From: Cenococcum geophilum | Lineage: Eukaryota | NCBI GenBank assembly: GCA_050273025.1 | Contig: CP158635.1 | Coordinates: 26,784,001 to 26,848,000 of the forward strand | Length of the DNA: 64,000 nucleotides | Direction: 5' to 3' | Shown here: piece after piece, positions 1 through 12,567 of the stretch | Layout of the letters: every line of letters begins with the position of its first letter | Position numbering within the stretch: position 1 is the stretch's first letter | Made by a program: the position numbers and the translations under genes | The notes under the pieces: model-generated | Told to the model about the DNA's origin: nothing | The model's input: only the letters and a program-made list of their open reading frames with translations | The model's database searches: none

Positions 1-331
1 TCCCCCTTACGCACCTACCTACTATTACTATATTAGCCTTAGTTACAACTCTACTGGGCTTAGCTACTACTATATTAGGTATAGTACTCGCACTTTTGGA
101 GCTCTAAAGCCTCGAAATCCACTCCACGCCAATGCAGATCGGCTCCAACCATTCACGCCAAAACGCCAAAAAGGCTCCGATCCAAATACACCCTCCTGTC
201 AATTCCGGTTGTTAGCGCAGCCACGTCTGCACGACCTTTTGTAGGGGAAGTTTTGCTGTTTAAGGGAAAGTACGGCCGTGCAGATGTGGCTGCGCTAACA
301 ACCGGAATTGACAGGAGGGTGTAGATCACTG
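1..331. mobile_element. Right end of a hAT-like DNA transposon, truncated by the window edge and interrupted by a MITE
   Basis: Removing the 189-321 MITE and one TA gives ...TCCAAATAGATCACTG, the same terminus as the 8-bp-TSD MITE at 42805-42979. CTCCA/CACGCC subterminal motifs at 121-180 are also shared. Confidence 0.5.
189..321. mobile_element. 133-bp Tc1/mariner-type MITE
   Basis: About 45-bp near-perfect TIR (CACCCTCCTGTCAATTCCGGTTGTTAGCGCAGCCAC...), flanked by TA at 187-188 and 322-323. Confidence 0.9.
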
Positions 332-1493
332 TCAGGATCAACGAATTAAGTAAGTCTCATAGAACTCAACTACGATATGTAGGTTTGAAGGTTAACACAC
401 TAGGAGTCCGGCCCACTCCGTGCACGGTCCCACTCAATGCACACCAAAATCAAATATTACCAAGCCTCGATTTGAGGCTGTAGAGTCACATACAATTGAT
501 AAAATAGTCTAGATTTTTGATGTAGTAATCTACTAAGTCTCCTCATTTGAATAAGCTATCGTATGAAATTTTCCGACCGTAGGAAGTCGTTAAATTTAGC
601 GTTAAGTGCGAGAAGCCCTAGATATAACCACTCCATCTACCTCCTCAATTGCGACCTTTAAAATAACAATAAGAGATTGCCTAGTAGCTTATTTCTTCCG
701 TCTACCTCCTTTCATCAGCTTAAGGTCATTTTAAAGCTATAGATTTACTGCGTGGGCGTATATAGCCTCCTCTCTCTAGCGGCGTTTTTCAGCAGCCTCC
801 TTCTCTCGTTAAACCTTAGCTTGTATTTTATCCTGCTTCCTCTGTACTATTGCAAGTTATCGTTCTTCCTTCGCAAGTTGCTTCTAAATCTTCTCATCCT
901 GTCGGCGTACCTCCTCTTAGTATTGTAGTTGTTTGCGCTCCTCTTAAAGCTCTTTCACTCGCTCGATTTTTAAGGGGCTAAAGAACATAGCCTTGCAGTC
1001 AGTTTCTGCACGTAGTTTATTAAAGAAAGGCTTACCACGAGCTCTTTTCTTCTTCTTATTACTAAACGCCTTTTAGAGGCCCTTATTTTTAGAGCGGAGG
1101 AGAGCAATATCAGTAATAAGCTTAAGAACTGTATTTTCGAGCCTTTTGGCCTGCGGCTCTGTAACCTCATTAACTATGTCTTGTAGAAGCCTACGCACCT
1201 TCCTCCAGTCGCTTACTAAGAGGGCTAAGGTATTTAAGTCTCTTAATAAAGGCCGAGAGGCTATTTTGCCTTACGTTTATTAAGTTTTAATAGCGCTAAG
1301 AACAACCTCTGGATTAAGCGGATTAAGCCCAGTATTTATCCACCTACTAAGTATATTATTCCTAGTAAAGGACCTATCATAGGCAGCATAAAATAGACGG
1401 AAGAAATCGCGTTTTATGACGGAGGAAAGGCCCTAACTTTTGCAGATAAGATTATTAAGTTCTTAGCTGTAATAAGTGCTAAGAGGAGAGAAG

Positions 1494-1620
1494 TGTCAGG
1501 TGACGAAGTCACCTCGCCTATATGTATTGTTCCGCACAGCCGTGTCTGGCATCAAGCCAGTCACTTGCTTACCTTTTGTAGGTTTGTGTGGCTGAGTGGT
1601 GCGGAGCTTATCACCTCACA
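1494..1620. mobile_element. 127-bp solo LTR nested in the pogo element
   Basis: TG...CA ends and a perfect 5-bp TSD AGAAG at 1489-1493 and 1621-1625. Confidence 0.85.
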
Positions 1621-1936
1621 AGAAGAGACTAATGTTAAGAGGTTATAGTCGGTGGGTTAAATAAGGCGGAAATACAGCTACTAATATCCTGTGCTTATAA
1701 CACTAGTTAAGGAAGTTTATATTAACATAAGATCCGTGCCCATTTAATATTAAGAGCCTCTAGGATCTTCCGCCTTTAGTCTTCTTTCTTATTTCTACAT
1801 CAAAAAGGGTAGTAAGCCATAAAAATCCGATCTTGTCGTTCGTCCAACCTATTATAGTAGATAAGAAGAAAACCCGGTGTTATTTAGGGTTAAAATCTTA
1901 AAGCTAGGTGTCTATATAAGTAGAGGTTGTAAATAG

Positions 1937-2122
1937 TGTTACGCGCAGAGCGTATACGGCAGGGGCCGCATAGCGTAGCGTAGGTCACCTGACCACCTAC
2001 GGCCCGATAGATAGTCCGACCTCAGCCCCCCCCCTATTTAGGCACCGCGATCCTTACGATCCTCTGCGAATGAAGAAGAAATCGATTGAAACCAAAAACC
2101 CCCCCCCACCGTGACCCGAACA
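1937..2122. mobile_element. Probable second solo LTR nested in the pogo element
   Basis: GC-rich island with TGTT...AACA ends interrupting the AT-rich transposase remnant. The TSD is imperfect (ATAG/CTAG). Confidence 0.5.
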
Positions 2123-3024
2123 CTAGGAATCCTAGAGGTTGCTAGAAATAGCTTAATAAATTAGGCCTAGAGGGAGGCTTATTCCGTCGGCGCAGAGGCT
2201 TACAATTACTATAATCTACTCTCTATTACCGTCTTAACTAGTGCTAAGAAGCTTACCTTAAACCGCTTCTAATTTGGAGTAGATTCTCTTGCTCTTATTA
2301 AGTACGCCGATAAAAAAGCCCTTTTTATCCATATTGTACATATTATGCACCTTAATCCTATACTTCTCAATTTTCTCCTTTAATAACTCGTAAAAGAGCT
2401 TATACTAATATAGATTATCAGCCCTTTTACGGGCTATATCAGCCAGGGTTAAATAGCTTAATTTTATCTTATCCTTATGGCGCTCAATAAACCGCGAAAC
2501 CTAGTTCTTTTTAGGCGTTATTCTTAAGATCTTAAAGGTGAAATTTCGCACCATTTGAGGTGTAGGAGGTAGGCCACGTTTGGTAAGAAGATTAATATAC
2601 CCAAGAAGAGTCTTCTCCTGCTGTATTAATAGAAGAGATTTTATTTCCGTCGCATCCTCTCTAGCGCGAGTAATCTGCCAATGACGCCGCGAAAGCGTAG
2701 AACGAATGACATTAAATTCTTTAGCTGTCCGAGTGTAATTAGGAGGATCTTGCAGCTCTAATGCAGCAAGAGCGGCGTCAATTGGGTCCATTTTGATTGT
2801 ATACGATAGAGTTGAATTTTTGGTGTTTTTTTATTTTGGTGTGCATTGAGTGGGACCGTGCACGGAGTGGGCCGGACTCCTACCGGAGGTGATTAGCAAA
2901 TATTTTCATCTCCAGAGATACTTGCGTTGCTCATTGATGCATCCAAAAGGCGAAAGATAGAAGCCATGAGGAATGAATACGGAGACGGCGCAAAAATGTA
3001 TTTCTCTTTCCTTTTTGGGACTTA

Positions 3025-3482
3025 GTGGATACCCCCCATAAGGTCGCCAAGTTATGGGGCTCTATCGGCTAAGCAACAAGGCTTTAGGCGGAGGTAACTC
3101 CTACTAAGCTCCTAGTAGAGAGATAATAGAAAGCAAAAGGACAGGGACAGGATTTCTTATAGTCTTTTCTACCATTTTCTCATTACCTAATAGTTGTTAG
3201 TAACTTAGTATCTTACTAAGGAGCTGTAAACCCCTAGGGGTTTATAAACTACTAGGACATAGCCACTAGTACATGTTAAGCCACCTGGGAAGGATTCATG
3301 TATATAGAACTACAGCGCCATAGCCTAGAGGCTGCATGCGCAGTATTGTACGTAGTATAATACAACGGATGTAAAAAAATAAAATAAAAAAAGGTTTTAG
3401 GCGGTCTATGTAAGACCCGCCGAAGCCCCAAAAGGGGCCTAAAACCTCAGCGACCTTACGGGCGCCTTATGAGGGAAACCGC
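3025..3482. mobile_element. Degenerate MITE-like element
   Basis: Imperfect TIR (GTGGATACCCCCCATAAGG versus reverse complement GCGGTTTCCCTCATAAGG), TA on both sides, AT-rich RIP-like interior. Confidence 0.45.
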
Positions 3483-4161
3483 TAGTCCCGAGGCCGCTGT
3501 TTATATTTCAGCCGTGAAAGAAGAGCAAGCAATATATTCTTTACCCTAGTGTACCTTCTCGTAACTCGCAAAAGCTCTAGAGCTCCAGTAAACAATGTTA
3601 TGAGATGACTACAACCACCATCTTCAATCCAAACGCACCACAAGGAGATTAAGAGAGGGAACAAACAAACCTTTCCAACTTATCAAGTTCTCCAGACGTA
3701 CTTTTACTTTTGCATGAGCAAAACCAACACCAATTCAATGATACTTACTATACAGAGGACGAAGCAAAAATAGATCCCCCCCCCCACTCACTCCCAGGTC
3801 CACCCTTTACACATTTCACTCACTCATCACCAAGACAAGACTCTCACAAACGATCACAAACTCCTTTCCCTTCCCTCGTCTCTTGTCTATGCAACTGAAA
3901 AAAAGGACCTATTTCTAGTTGGATATCATATCTCATAGCCTGTCTACCGTCTCCTAATCCTACAAACCCTGAACCTCAAAGACAAAGAACGCTAAATCTA
4001 CTATCCCTCACAGAACCAAGGAGGGACTCTAAAGAAGAAAAAAACCTAAGAGCAAAAAAAGAGAAAAAACCGCGATCGACTGAACAGCTCCACCACTAGG
4101 TCCCAGCCCGAGCGGCGCGTCCCAGCCCTCCATCAACGGTGGCCGCACCTCAAGCAGCCGA

Positions 4162-6132
4162 TCAAAAGCCCGCTTGAGCAACAGTGCCCCTCCTCACAGG
4201 ACTACTGCTGCCGCCCGCGCTGCTGCCCTCAGCCGAATACCCGGAGTCGCGATCCGCATCATCATCGATATCGATATCGAACCCGGCATCGACCTCGTCC
4301 TCGACCTCCGCGCCCGCCTTCCCCCCCGCCGTGGCGGCGCCCTCATCCCACGCCTTCTGCAGCGCGCCGCGCGTATTCCACCGCAGCGTGCGCGAGATGC
4401 TGTCGAACCACTCGGTGGGCTGCGACAGCACGGTCGGGAAGGGGTACTGGGACGCGGCGATGGAGACGTGGTCGCCCTGGCGCAGCTCGACGCGGCCCTT
4501 GCCGTCGAAGGCGCAGTAGGCGGTCGCGCGGCTGTTGCGTGGCACCGCGACGCGCAGCAGTATGCTGTCGTTCAGCAGCATGGGCCGGAACGACAGCGTG
4601 TGCGGGCAGATGGGCGTCAGCAGGATCGCGGGGATGTCCGGGTGCACGAGCGAGCCGCCGGCGGATAGCGAGTAGGCGGTCGAGCCGGTCGGCGTCGAGA
4701 AGATACAGCCGTCCGCTTGCACGACTGTCAGCAGGGCGTTGTCGCCGTAGAGCTCGAGGTTCGACACGTACGGCGATGGGCCGCGGTCGATGACGAGTTC
4801 GTTGAGCACTTCGAATTGCTCGGCCTCGATATGGGAGGGGCCTTGATCAGGGCCGGATGATGAGGTCGGCTGTGCGCGGTATACTGTGCAGGTGAAGCGC
4901 ATGCGTAAATTTACGCGCATTCCGGCATCGCCCATGATTTTGTTTAGAGACTCTTTGTACTGGTTGAACTCGAAGTTGGTGAGGAAACCAAGGCTGCCAA
5001 GGCTGAAGGAGAGGATCGGGGGTACAATACGCTGGAAAAGCCAGCTCGTGTAAAGAACAGTACCATCGCCACCAAGGGTTAGAACGAGGTCAAATTTCTC
5101 CGGAGAAGTCCAACAAAGATCTGGAGTCCAGAATCGCAGCATGTTCTCGAAACGTGGGTCTTTTTCAAGGAGGGAGTTAAGTCCGAACCGCTTGGATTTT
5201 CGCAGTTTGTGGTCCACGTAGACATTTATGCCAACATCAGAACCGTATCGCGGTGTTGTCAGGAGCCATTCGGCAAGTTCTCGCGTGAGGAGTACCAGTT
5301 GGTTATCGCGTGCCTTGGTTATGATCATGATATTTTTCACCGTCATTTTGATTGGTCTGCGCTGTAACTGCTTTGATACTTCCCGCACGCTCGTTGCGGT
5401 CTGCATCAGCCTTGAATGTGATATGCTCTCATCGTCCTGAATCTCTTCTAAAACTTTGTCGATATTGACCGCGTCGTCGAATTTTTTGTGGAAAAAGCAA
5501 GGGGAGGCAAGAGCAGCAACTTTGTTTGCTGAAAAGGTTTCTGTACTCAAATGTAGCGCCGAAATTGCTTCTTCTAGGCGGCTTTCTAGAAGAGACTCGG
5601 AGCCGTTTCTTGCCCTGTCCTCCTCTTTCCCTGATAATACGCCGTGGATCGACGTTGTGATAGACATATTAGATGTTGGCGGGGGGCGGGATTGTAATGC
5701 TTTCAGTATTGTCTGGCGGGGGATTGAATCGATCGAACAAGCGTTTTTCCGGTGCTTTTGAGTTCTGTGGGAGCTAAACGATTTTTGTTGCAGGGCAGTG
5801 AATCCTTGCGGGGCCGGTAGGGCAGAGGCGATTGCCTCGTTTGTCCGTATGATCTCGTCCGAGGCCTTGCTTATATTTCGGTCAGGCTCAGCGCAGGATG
5901 GTGTAGAACTGGTGGTGTCGAGCGGGTTTATAAATGCGGCATTGTGCTGTGCTGTATCTTCGAGAGACGGTGAGGGAAGAGAACGGGCCGGTTCGGATGG
6001 AAGCGTTACAAGCGACGGCGTGTCGTGAGCAGAGGGAGCAAAGGGAATTTCGGGGTTAAGTTCGGAGAAAGCATTGGATTGTGGAGAAAGGATCTGGGTC
6101 GTGTTATTAAGGTCGATACCCCGGTCCAACAT
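4162..6132 (-). CDS. ATP-NAD kinase (Utr1/Yef1-like), 656 aa, single ORF
   Basis: Motifs LGGDGTVL, SLGSLGFL, VLNELVIDRG, QADGCIFSTPTGSTAYSLSAGG and TPICPHTLSFRP. Confidence 0.95.
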   Translation of the reverse strand: MLDRGIDLNNTTQILSPQSNAFSELNPEIPFAPSAHDTPSLVTLPSEPARSLPSPSLEDTAQHNAAFINPLDTTSSTPSCAEPDRNISKASDEIIRTNEAIASALPAPQGFTALQQKSFSSHRTQKHRKNACSIDSIPRQTILKALQSRPPPTSNMSITTSIHGVLSGKEEDRARNGSESLLESRLEEAISALHLSTETFSANKVAALASPCFFHKKFDDAVNIDKVLEEIQDDESISHSRLMQTATSVREVSKQLQRRPIKMTVKNIMIITKARDNQLVLLTRELAEWLLTTPRYGSDVGINVYVDHKLRKSKRFGLNSLLEKDPRFENMLRFWTPDLCWTSPEKFDLVLTLGGDGTVLYTSWLFQRIVPPILSFSLGSLGFLTNFEFNQYKESLNKIMGDAGMRVNLRMRFTCTVYRAQPTSSSGPDQGPSHIEAEQFEVLNELVIDRGPSPYVSNLELYGDNALLTVVQADGCIFSTPTGSTAYSLSAGGSLVHPDIPAILLTPICPHTLSFRPMLLNDSILLRVAVPRNSRATAYCAFDGKGRVELRQGDHVSIAASQYPFPTVLSQPTEWFDSISRTLRWNTRGALQKAWDEGAATAGGKAGAEVEDEVDAGFDIDIDDDADRDSGYSAEGSSAGGSSSPVRRGTVAQAGF

Positions 6133-8127
6133 GATTAGACGGTTATTATTATGCGAGACTCCGGACCGGCTGGGAGTTACGGTACGGGTGAGACTTTAAA
6201 TATACTTCGGCAAGCGGAGGTGGCGGCGGCCTTTGCTCTGATTACTCGCTTCACTAGGGCGGCAGAAAGAACGTAGCCAGACGTCACAATCGGCTGCAGA
6301 AGCGTGTGTGGTGCAATGGCCAGTAAGCGGGCGGGAATGCAAAAGTGGAAAAAGGCTGATGGTGGGCTACTGCATGGGACAAAGCGAGGGGACTATCAAA
6401 GTGACAGTGATGCTAGTGATGCGAGTGATGCAGTGATGCAGTGATGCGAATAATGCGAAGTGATGTGACGTCTTCTGCAGAGACGCCGAGGGAAATGGAT
6501 AGAGCGAATAGAAACGAATAGAACAAAAGAGTCCGGCTCAATCCAACAATCAAAGAGGGGATGGAAAGAAGAAATATCGAAGGAAAGAAGAGAATGTGAC
6601 CGCTTGGGGTCCGTGCAGACTCGGAAAACCACGAGACGAGTATCAAGAAGAGATCAAGGCATCGAGCGATATAAGCGCTCAGGCTCAAGTCGACGACAGC
6701 GATAAAGCCTCAGCCAGGGTGAATCACAGACTGTGTCACTTTGCGTGGGTCCTCGGGCAAAGCTTCACAAAAGGTAATGCAACAATGGTCCTTCGCAGCT
6801 GGTGCGCACCATCTCCTAGGTTACAGCTCATACATGGCTCTAGCGTTTTGCCCCCATGTGTGAAAGAAGTTCCACAGCGCTTCCAGCCATAATTACATAG
6901 GGGGGTTCGTTTGAGGGAACATACCAGCTCGAGAGATGCTTACTATCCCTTTACTATCCCTCAGGTGAGGAACGTCAACCTCCCATCACTACCCGTGCGG
7001 AACATTTCCCTTGGATTCACACCCCGGGCGCTTAGTAGAATTTGCCGGCGTCAGATATTCTCCGAGGCCAAACGGCCGCGCCTGGCGGGTGAAACGATCA
7101 AGGGTCCACTCCTTCGTCGCGTCTTGTCTCGTACCTAATTATGTATCCCAACTGTGTCCACGCATCTTACTCAGTCGCGAATCTTGCAACAACAATCCGT
7201 GCCAAGTAAATCCAAATCTCGCACCCGCCTTTGGGGACACGGTTTAACCTTCCGCGGCCCTGGAAATCATACAGCTCGGAAACGCCTGCCGTCTTCCCTT
7301 GTGCCGCACTGCACGTGGTCCATGGGGGAAGAGGCTTGCATATGTGCCTGTGCGGCGAGCTCTGTTCGATTGTGATGAACCTTGTCGATTATTGGTAGTC
7401 GCAAATCTGTACACACCCTCCTAAAGGTCAATGGAAATGCAGTCTCCTCAGGCTTCATCACATCTTGGCTCGCATAATCTATATTCAGAGTCACCTCTCC
7501 CGTCGCCTTCAGCATCATCCTGCCTTGTGACAAGGCTGAATACTAGCCAGGCCTGATTTGCTGGGAAACGCCCTAAGAGAGCTGTTTTCCATCGTCGGCG
7601 CTTGAAAGATGGGGGCCGCGTATGTTATTCGCCGATAACAATATTTCATGCTGTTGGTATGCTTCTGGGAACTATTCGTCTTAAAGACCGTGATTCATGG
7701 TCCAAAAGCAACTAAGAAAGATAATGCCCTTGTTTCCAAACTCGGGCCAGGAAGTCTGTTGCGCTGAGCTTAAACGCTCCTATTGCCATCCACGAGAGAC
7801 GCGCTAACGCTTCTTTCATGTTAATCGACGATTTCGTCCGTTGAGGGACACATCACTTTCATGTCTCAGCCTTGCGATATGCATTCGGGTATGTGCATTG
7901 GTAGATTGAATTGGAGCTAAGCAAGTAGTTGTCTGATTCTGGCAAAGAACATGTTGAAAGTCGACAGACGATAGAGCAGTCTTCCTGCGTTGTTGTAAAT
8001 TTGATCAGCGTGAACTTCAAACTTTTTTCTATCATGAAATGCTCCCTATGGTATCTATGGTTGTGACATGCGTAATAAAAGATCAGCTCCGACACCGACC
8101 ACCAAACCCTCTATCCAGCAGTACGAA

Positions 8128-9315
<1,188 letters not shown>

Positions 9316-9894
9316 TTTGTGCTGAAGGGTGCTCTTGTCCCGAACAAAGTGGTAAAAAGTGTGATAATTAGAAAACAAGAGAGAAAGCACAGAAGGACGG
9401 AAGAGGCGGGGGGAAGAGAAAGTTTGACAGCGGAGGTATATTGATTGCCAGCGCGGAGGCAATTGCGAGGTTTTTGTTTTACGCCTGCGACAGCTGATTT
9501 TTTGCCTGCGTCATGTCCCCCGCGGTTGGGCGTTTGGAGGCTAAGTTAATGCCAAAAAGGGATTCCGCTGCCGAGGTCTTGGCATCGAAAGTCCTTGTGT
9601 TAACATCAAGTCTTCTTCTGGCATCGTGCGGTCTTCTAATCCGACAATGTTTCTTCCAGGGCTCACATCAGTTCAATTCGCTAGATACGTACCATCGTAT
9701 TCTCCTTTAATCCCCCCCCGGTGCATCGGTGGGAATTCACACCGATCGCGGGGCTAGGCCTGCTTATGTTTTAACTCCATGATAATGGGAGCCTGACACC
9801 CTTCTCGTCTATACTAACTAGGTAAGGCTGCCAGGTATGAGCTTGTTTAAAAGGTCATGAATACCTCTAGACAATGGTGGGTAAGACAGCAATT

Positions 9895-10909
9895 ATGGAG
9901 CAATCCAACGATATTTTGAACCCAGCGAATACCAACACTAAGCAACCCCCTGCTTGGTTCCTTAAGGAATTGACAGAACTTGACGAAGTGACTCGAGAAG
10001 TCTTCGAGAAGTACAGTGGACTGTCCCCAGACGCTGTGATACCCCATATTGTAGAAGTGGTATGTGGATCCCTCTGCTACGGCTAATTCACACTGATTGA
10101 ATGAAAGAGAAACCGCGCTTTTGACGTGGTAAGTATTCAACAAACTGGTTTTGTTGTCCGTCACAAATTCTGATCTTCCATTCGAGTTTCCTTATCCATG
10201 TATTGGTCTCTTTCGGTTTCTCGATTTAGGCATTCGAAAATCGCCTCAGTATTCCGAAGTCCTTCAACGTTTGAAAGATGGACAAAGCTTCCTCGACATC
10301 GGCTGTTGCTTTGGACAAGATATCCGCAGGTTGGTAAGCTATTGCAGTATCTTTCTTCCCTAGATTACATTCTTAATATCTGCGTTCTAGGTAGCAGATG
10401 GAGCCCCATCAGAGAACACCTATGGTTCAGATCTGGTAATGGATTTTATAGAATTGGGGTATGATCTCTTTCTCGACAGGGAAACGCTCAAAACCAAATT
10501 CATTGCGGGGGATGTCTTCGACCCGGATGCATCCATTAAGCAACTCGATGGAAAGATTGATATCATCCATGCTGCGTCTTTCTTCCATTTGTTCAACTGG
10601 GATGGACAGGTCAAGATTGCCAAACGTTTTGTATCTCTTCTCAACCCAGAGGCTGGAGTCCTCGTTATTGGGCGACAAGTGGCCAATGTTGAGGCGGGAG
10701 AGTATTCATTCTCAGGTAAGGCGCGGTACAGGCACAACGACGAATCGTTCAAGCGGATGTGGAAGCTAGTGGGTGATGAGACCGGAACCAATTGGCAGGT
10801 GGATGCGCGTATCTCAGACAGTACCCTTTTGAAGAAACACGGTTCTCTGTTTGAACAGTGGGCTCCGCCGGGATCATGTGCCCTGTCGTTCACAGTTCGG
10901 AGATTGTAG
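9895..10909 (+). CDS. Class I SAM-dependent methyltransferase (fungal family), 4 exons; alternative in-frame ATG at 9874
   Basis: FPYPCIGLFRFLD, motif I FLDIGCCFGQDIRRL|VADG, FIAGDVF and IHAASFFHLF. Includes a 21-bp micro-exon at 10108-10128. Confidence 0.85.
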
Positions 10910-11336
10910 GTGCAACTTGATAGCCTCATAGCTTCTCATCTCATTCAACATGAGGTGTCAAGCTTCTTGTAGGTAGATTCTTCGCAGAATATAGTTTCCC
11001 CGAATCTTGGTGTCGACCCATTTTGTTCGTAATTCACATTGATCGGAAGTTGCTGTCGTGAGTAAAAGTGAGCAGTATAATATCTGTTCATTAATTGCAC
11101 GAATATTCTCTAGTCTATGAAATTAGAATATTGATAGGTGTAAATGGACAAGGGGGAGGTCATTCCTCCAATATTCTAAGCAAATACGCCAAGATTTCGT
11201 TGTCAAACACGATTTCGCGTACTGACCATCAGGGACACTTCTCGAGAATAATCAGCTGGCCATAGACCGTCGTCTGCGATATCCAATAATACCTCTCTAA
11301 CCTCCTATCACTTTTGCAGCAGGCCTTCATACAAAT

Positions 11337-12404
11337 ATGGACCCCTATTCTACGGAAGGAGGTACAATTCCCTCCCATATCATTCTCCAAGTTTAATACT
11401 CACCGCGTAATTCCCAGAGCTCGTAAACATCCACAACGCATTCCATGCCGGGCAGTACGACAAGGTCGTCTCCTTTGACACATCGGCCTTCTCCTCCTCA
11501 AACGAACTTCCCGCACGGGTACTCAAGCTGCGTGCCAAGCTTGCACTCGGCCAATTCTCCGACGTCTTCTCGGAAGTCAAAGGACAAGACAGCGTACCGG
11601 ATCTAGCGGCTGTCAAAGCGCTTGCAGAGTACTCACAGGACCCATGGGATAGCGACGAAGCAGTACAGGCTGCGCAGGCACTGGCGCAGGAGCAAGGAGA
11701 TAATTTGACTGTCCAGTTGCTCTGTGGAACAGTATTGGTGGATGCGGGGTTGAGTGAGGAGGCATTGGCGTTATTAGCAAAGCATCAGGGATCTTTGGAT
11801 GCGTAAGGCTTTCAGGATTTTGGAGATATACGGAGGTTAAATGCTGACTCCTGGAACGCAGGGTTGCACTCATTGTACAGATACATCTACAGCAGAACCG
11901 GTCTGATCTGGCTGCGAAGGAGGCGCAAAGGGCACGGAAATGGGCACAAGATAGCTTACTAGTGAATTTGGCAGAATCGTGGGTTGGACTGCGAGAGGTA
12001 CGTATCATTGGAACACTAGCCTTAAAGCCGCGGGCAAGTGCTAATAATCATTGCAGGGCGGTGAGAAGTATCAACAATCTTTCTATGTCTTTGAAGAACT
12101 AGCGCAAGCTCCCGCGACCCAAGCCGTGCACTCTCTTGTTGGCCAAGCGGTTGCCGAATTGCACCTTGGTAGGCTACCAGAAGCTGAAGCTGCGTTGAAG
12201 CAGGCGATAGCACTTAATCCAAAGAACCCAGACCTTCTTGCGAACATGATTGTGCTCACTACGATCTTGGGTCAAGATACAGAGGAGCTGAAGGGCAAGC
12301 TGACAGAGGTGCAACCAAAGCATCAGCTCTTAGCAGATTTAGTAGCAAAGAACGAGGCATTTGAGGCGGCGAGGGCCAAGTACAGCCCGAAATTCGAGCC
12401 TTGA
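11337..12404 (+). CDS. SEC28: Coatomer subunit epsilon (epsilon-COP), 4 exons
   Basis: MDPYSTEG|ELVNIHNAFHAGQY...KHQGSLDA|VALIVQIHLQQNR...WAQDSLLVNLAESW|GGEKYQQSFYVFEELAQ, TPR-like, with canonical introns. Confidence 0.9.
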
Positions 12405-12567
12405 GAAGTGGGAATGAAGAGGATGAGGATGAGTTAACGCAGGGCTAGATTATGAGAAATCACTTGAGAATATGACATCGAATATGCCGCTATTGGCATA
12501 ATGATGCAGATATACCTCCCATGTATCCTTACCTGATACTCCACCAACGCCATACCGTAGCATTATT

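Larger units (their letters stand above)
403..2880 (-). mobile_element. pogo/Fot1-family DNA transposon with RIP-inactivated transposase
   Basis: About 48-bp TIRs (GGAGTCCGGCCCACTCCGTGCACGGTCCCACTCAATGCACACCAAAAT) with TA on both sides. Minus-strand ORF 2501-2791 (MDPIDAALAAL...RSTLSRRH...GLPPTPQMVRN) has the HTH/CENP-B-type start. Downstream DDE remnant includes GHGSY near 1730 with many TAA/TAG stops. Confidence 0.95.

Noticed and set aside
4174..4793. Three long plus-strand ORFs
   Set aside because: Antisense shadows of the GC-rich 3-prime end of the NAD kinase, with no motifs.
6400..6465. GTGATGC-type short repeats upstream of the NAD kinase
   Set aside because: Ordinary low-complexity leader sequence.
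9712..9755. Hairpin ATCGGTG...CACCGAT with C/G-run flanks between SPE3 and the methyltransferase
   Set aside because: The stem is too short to support an RNA gene or MITE call.
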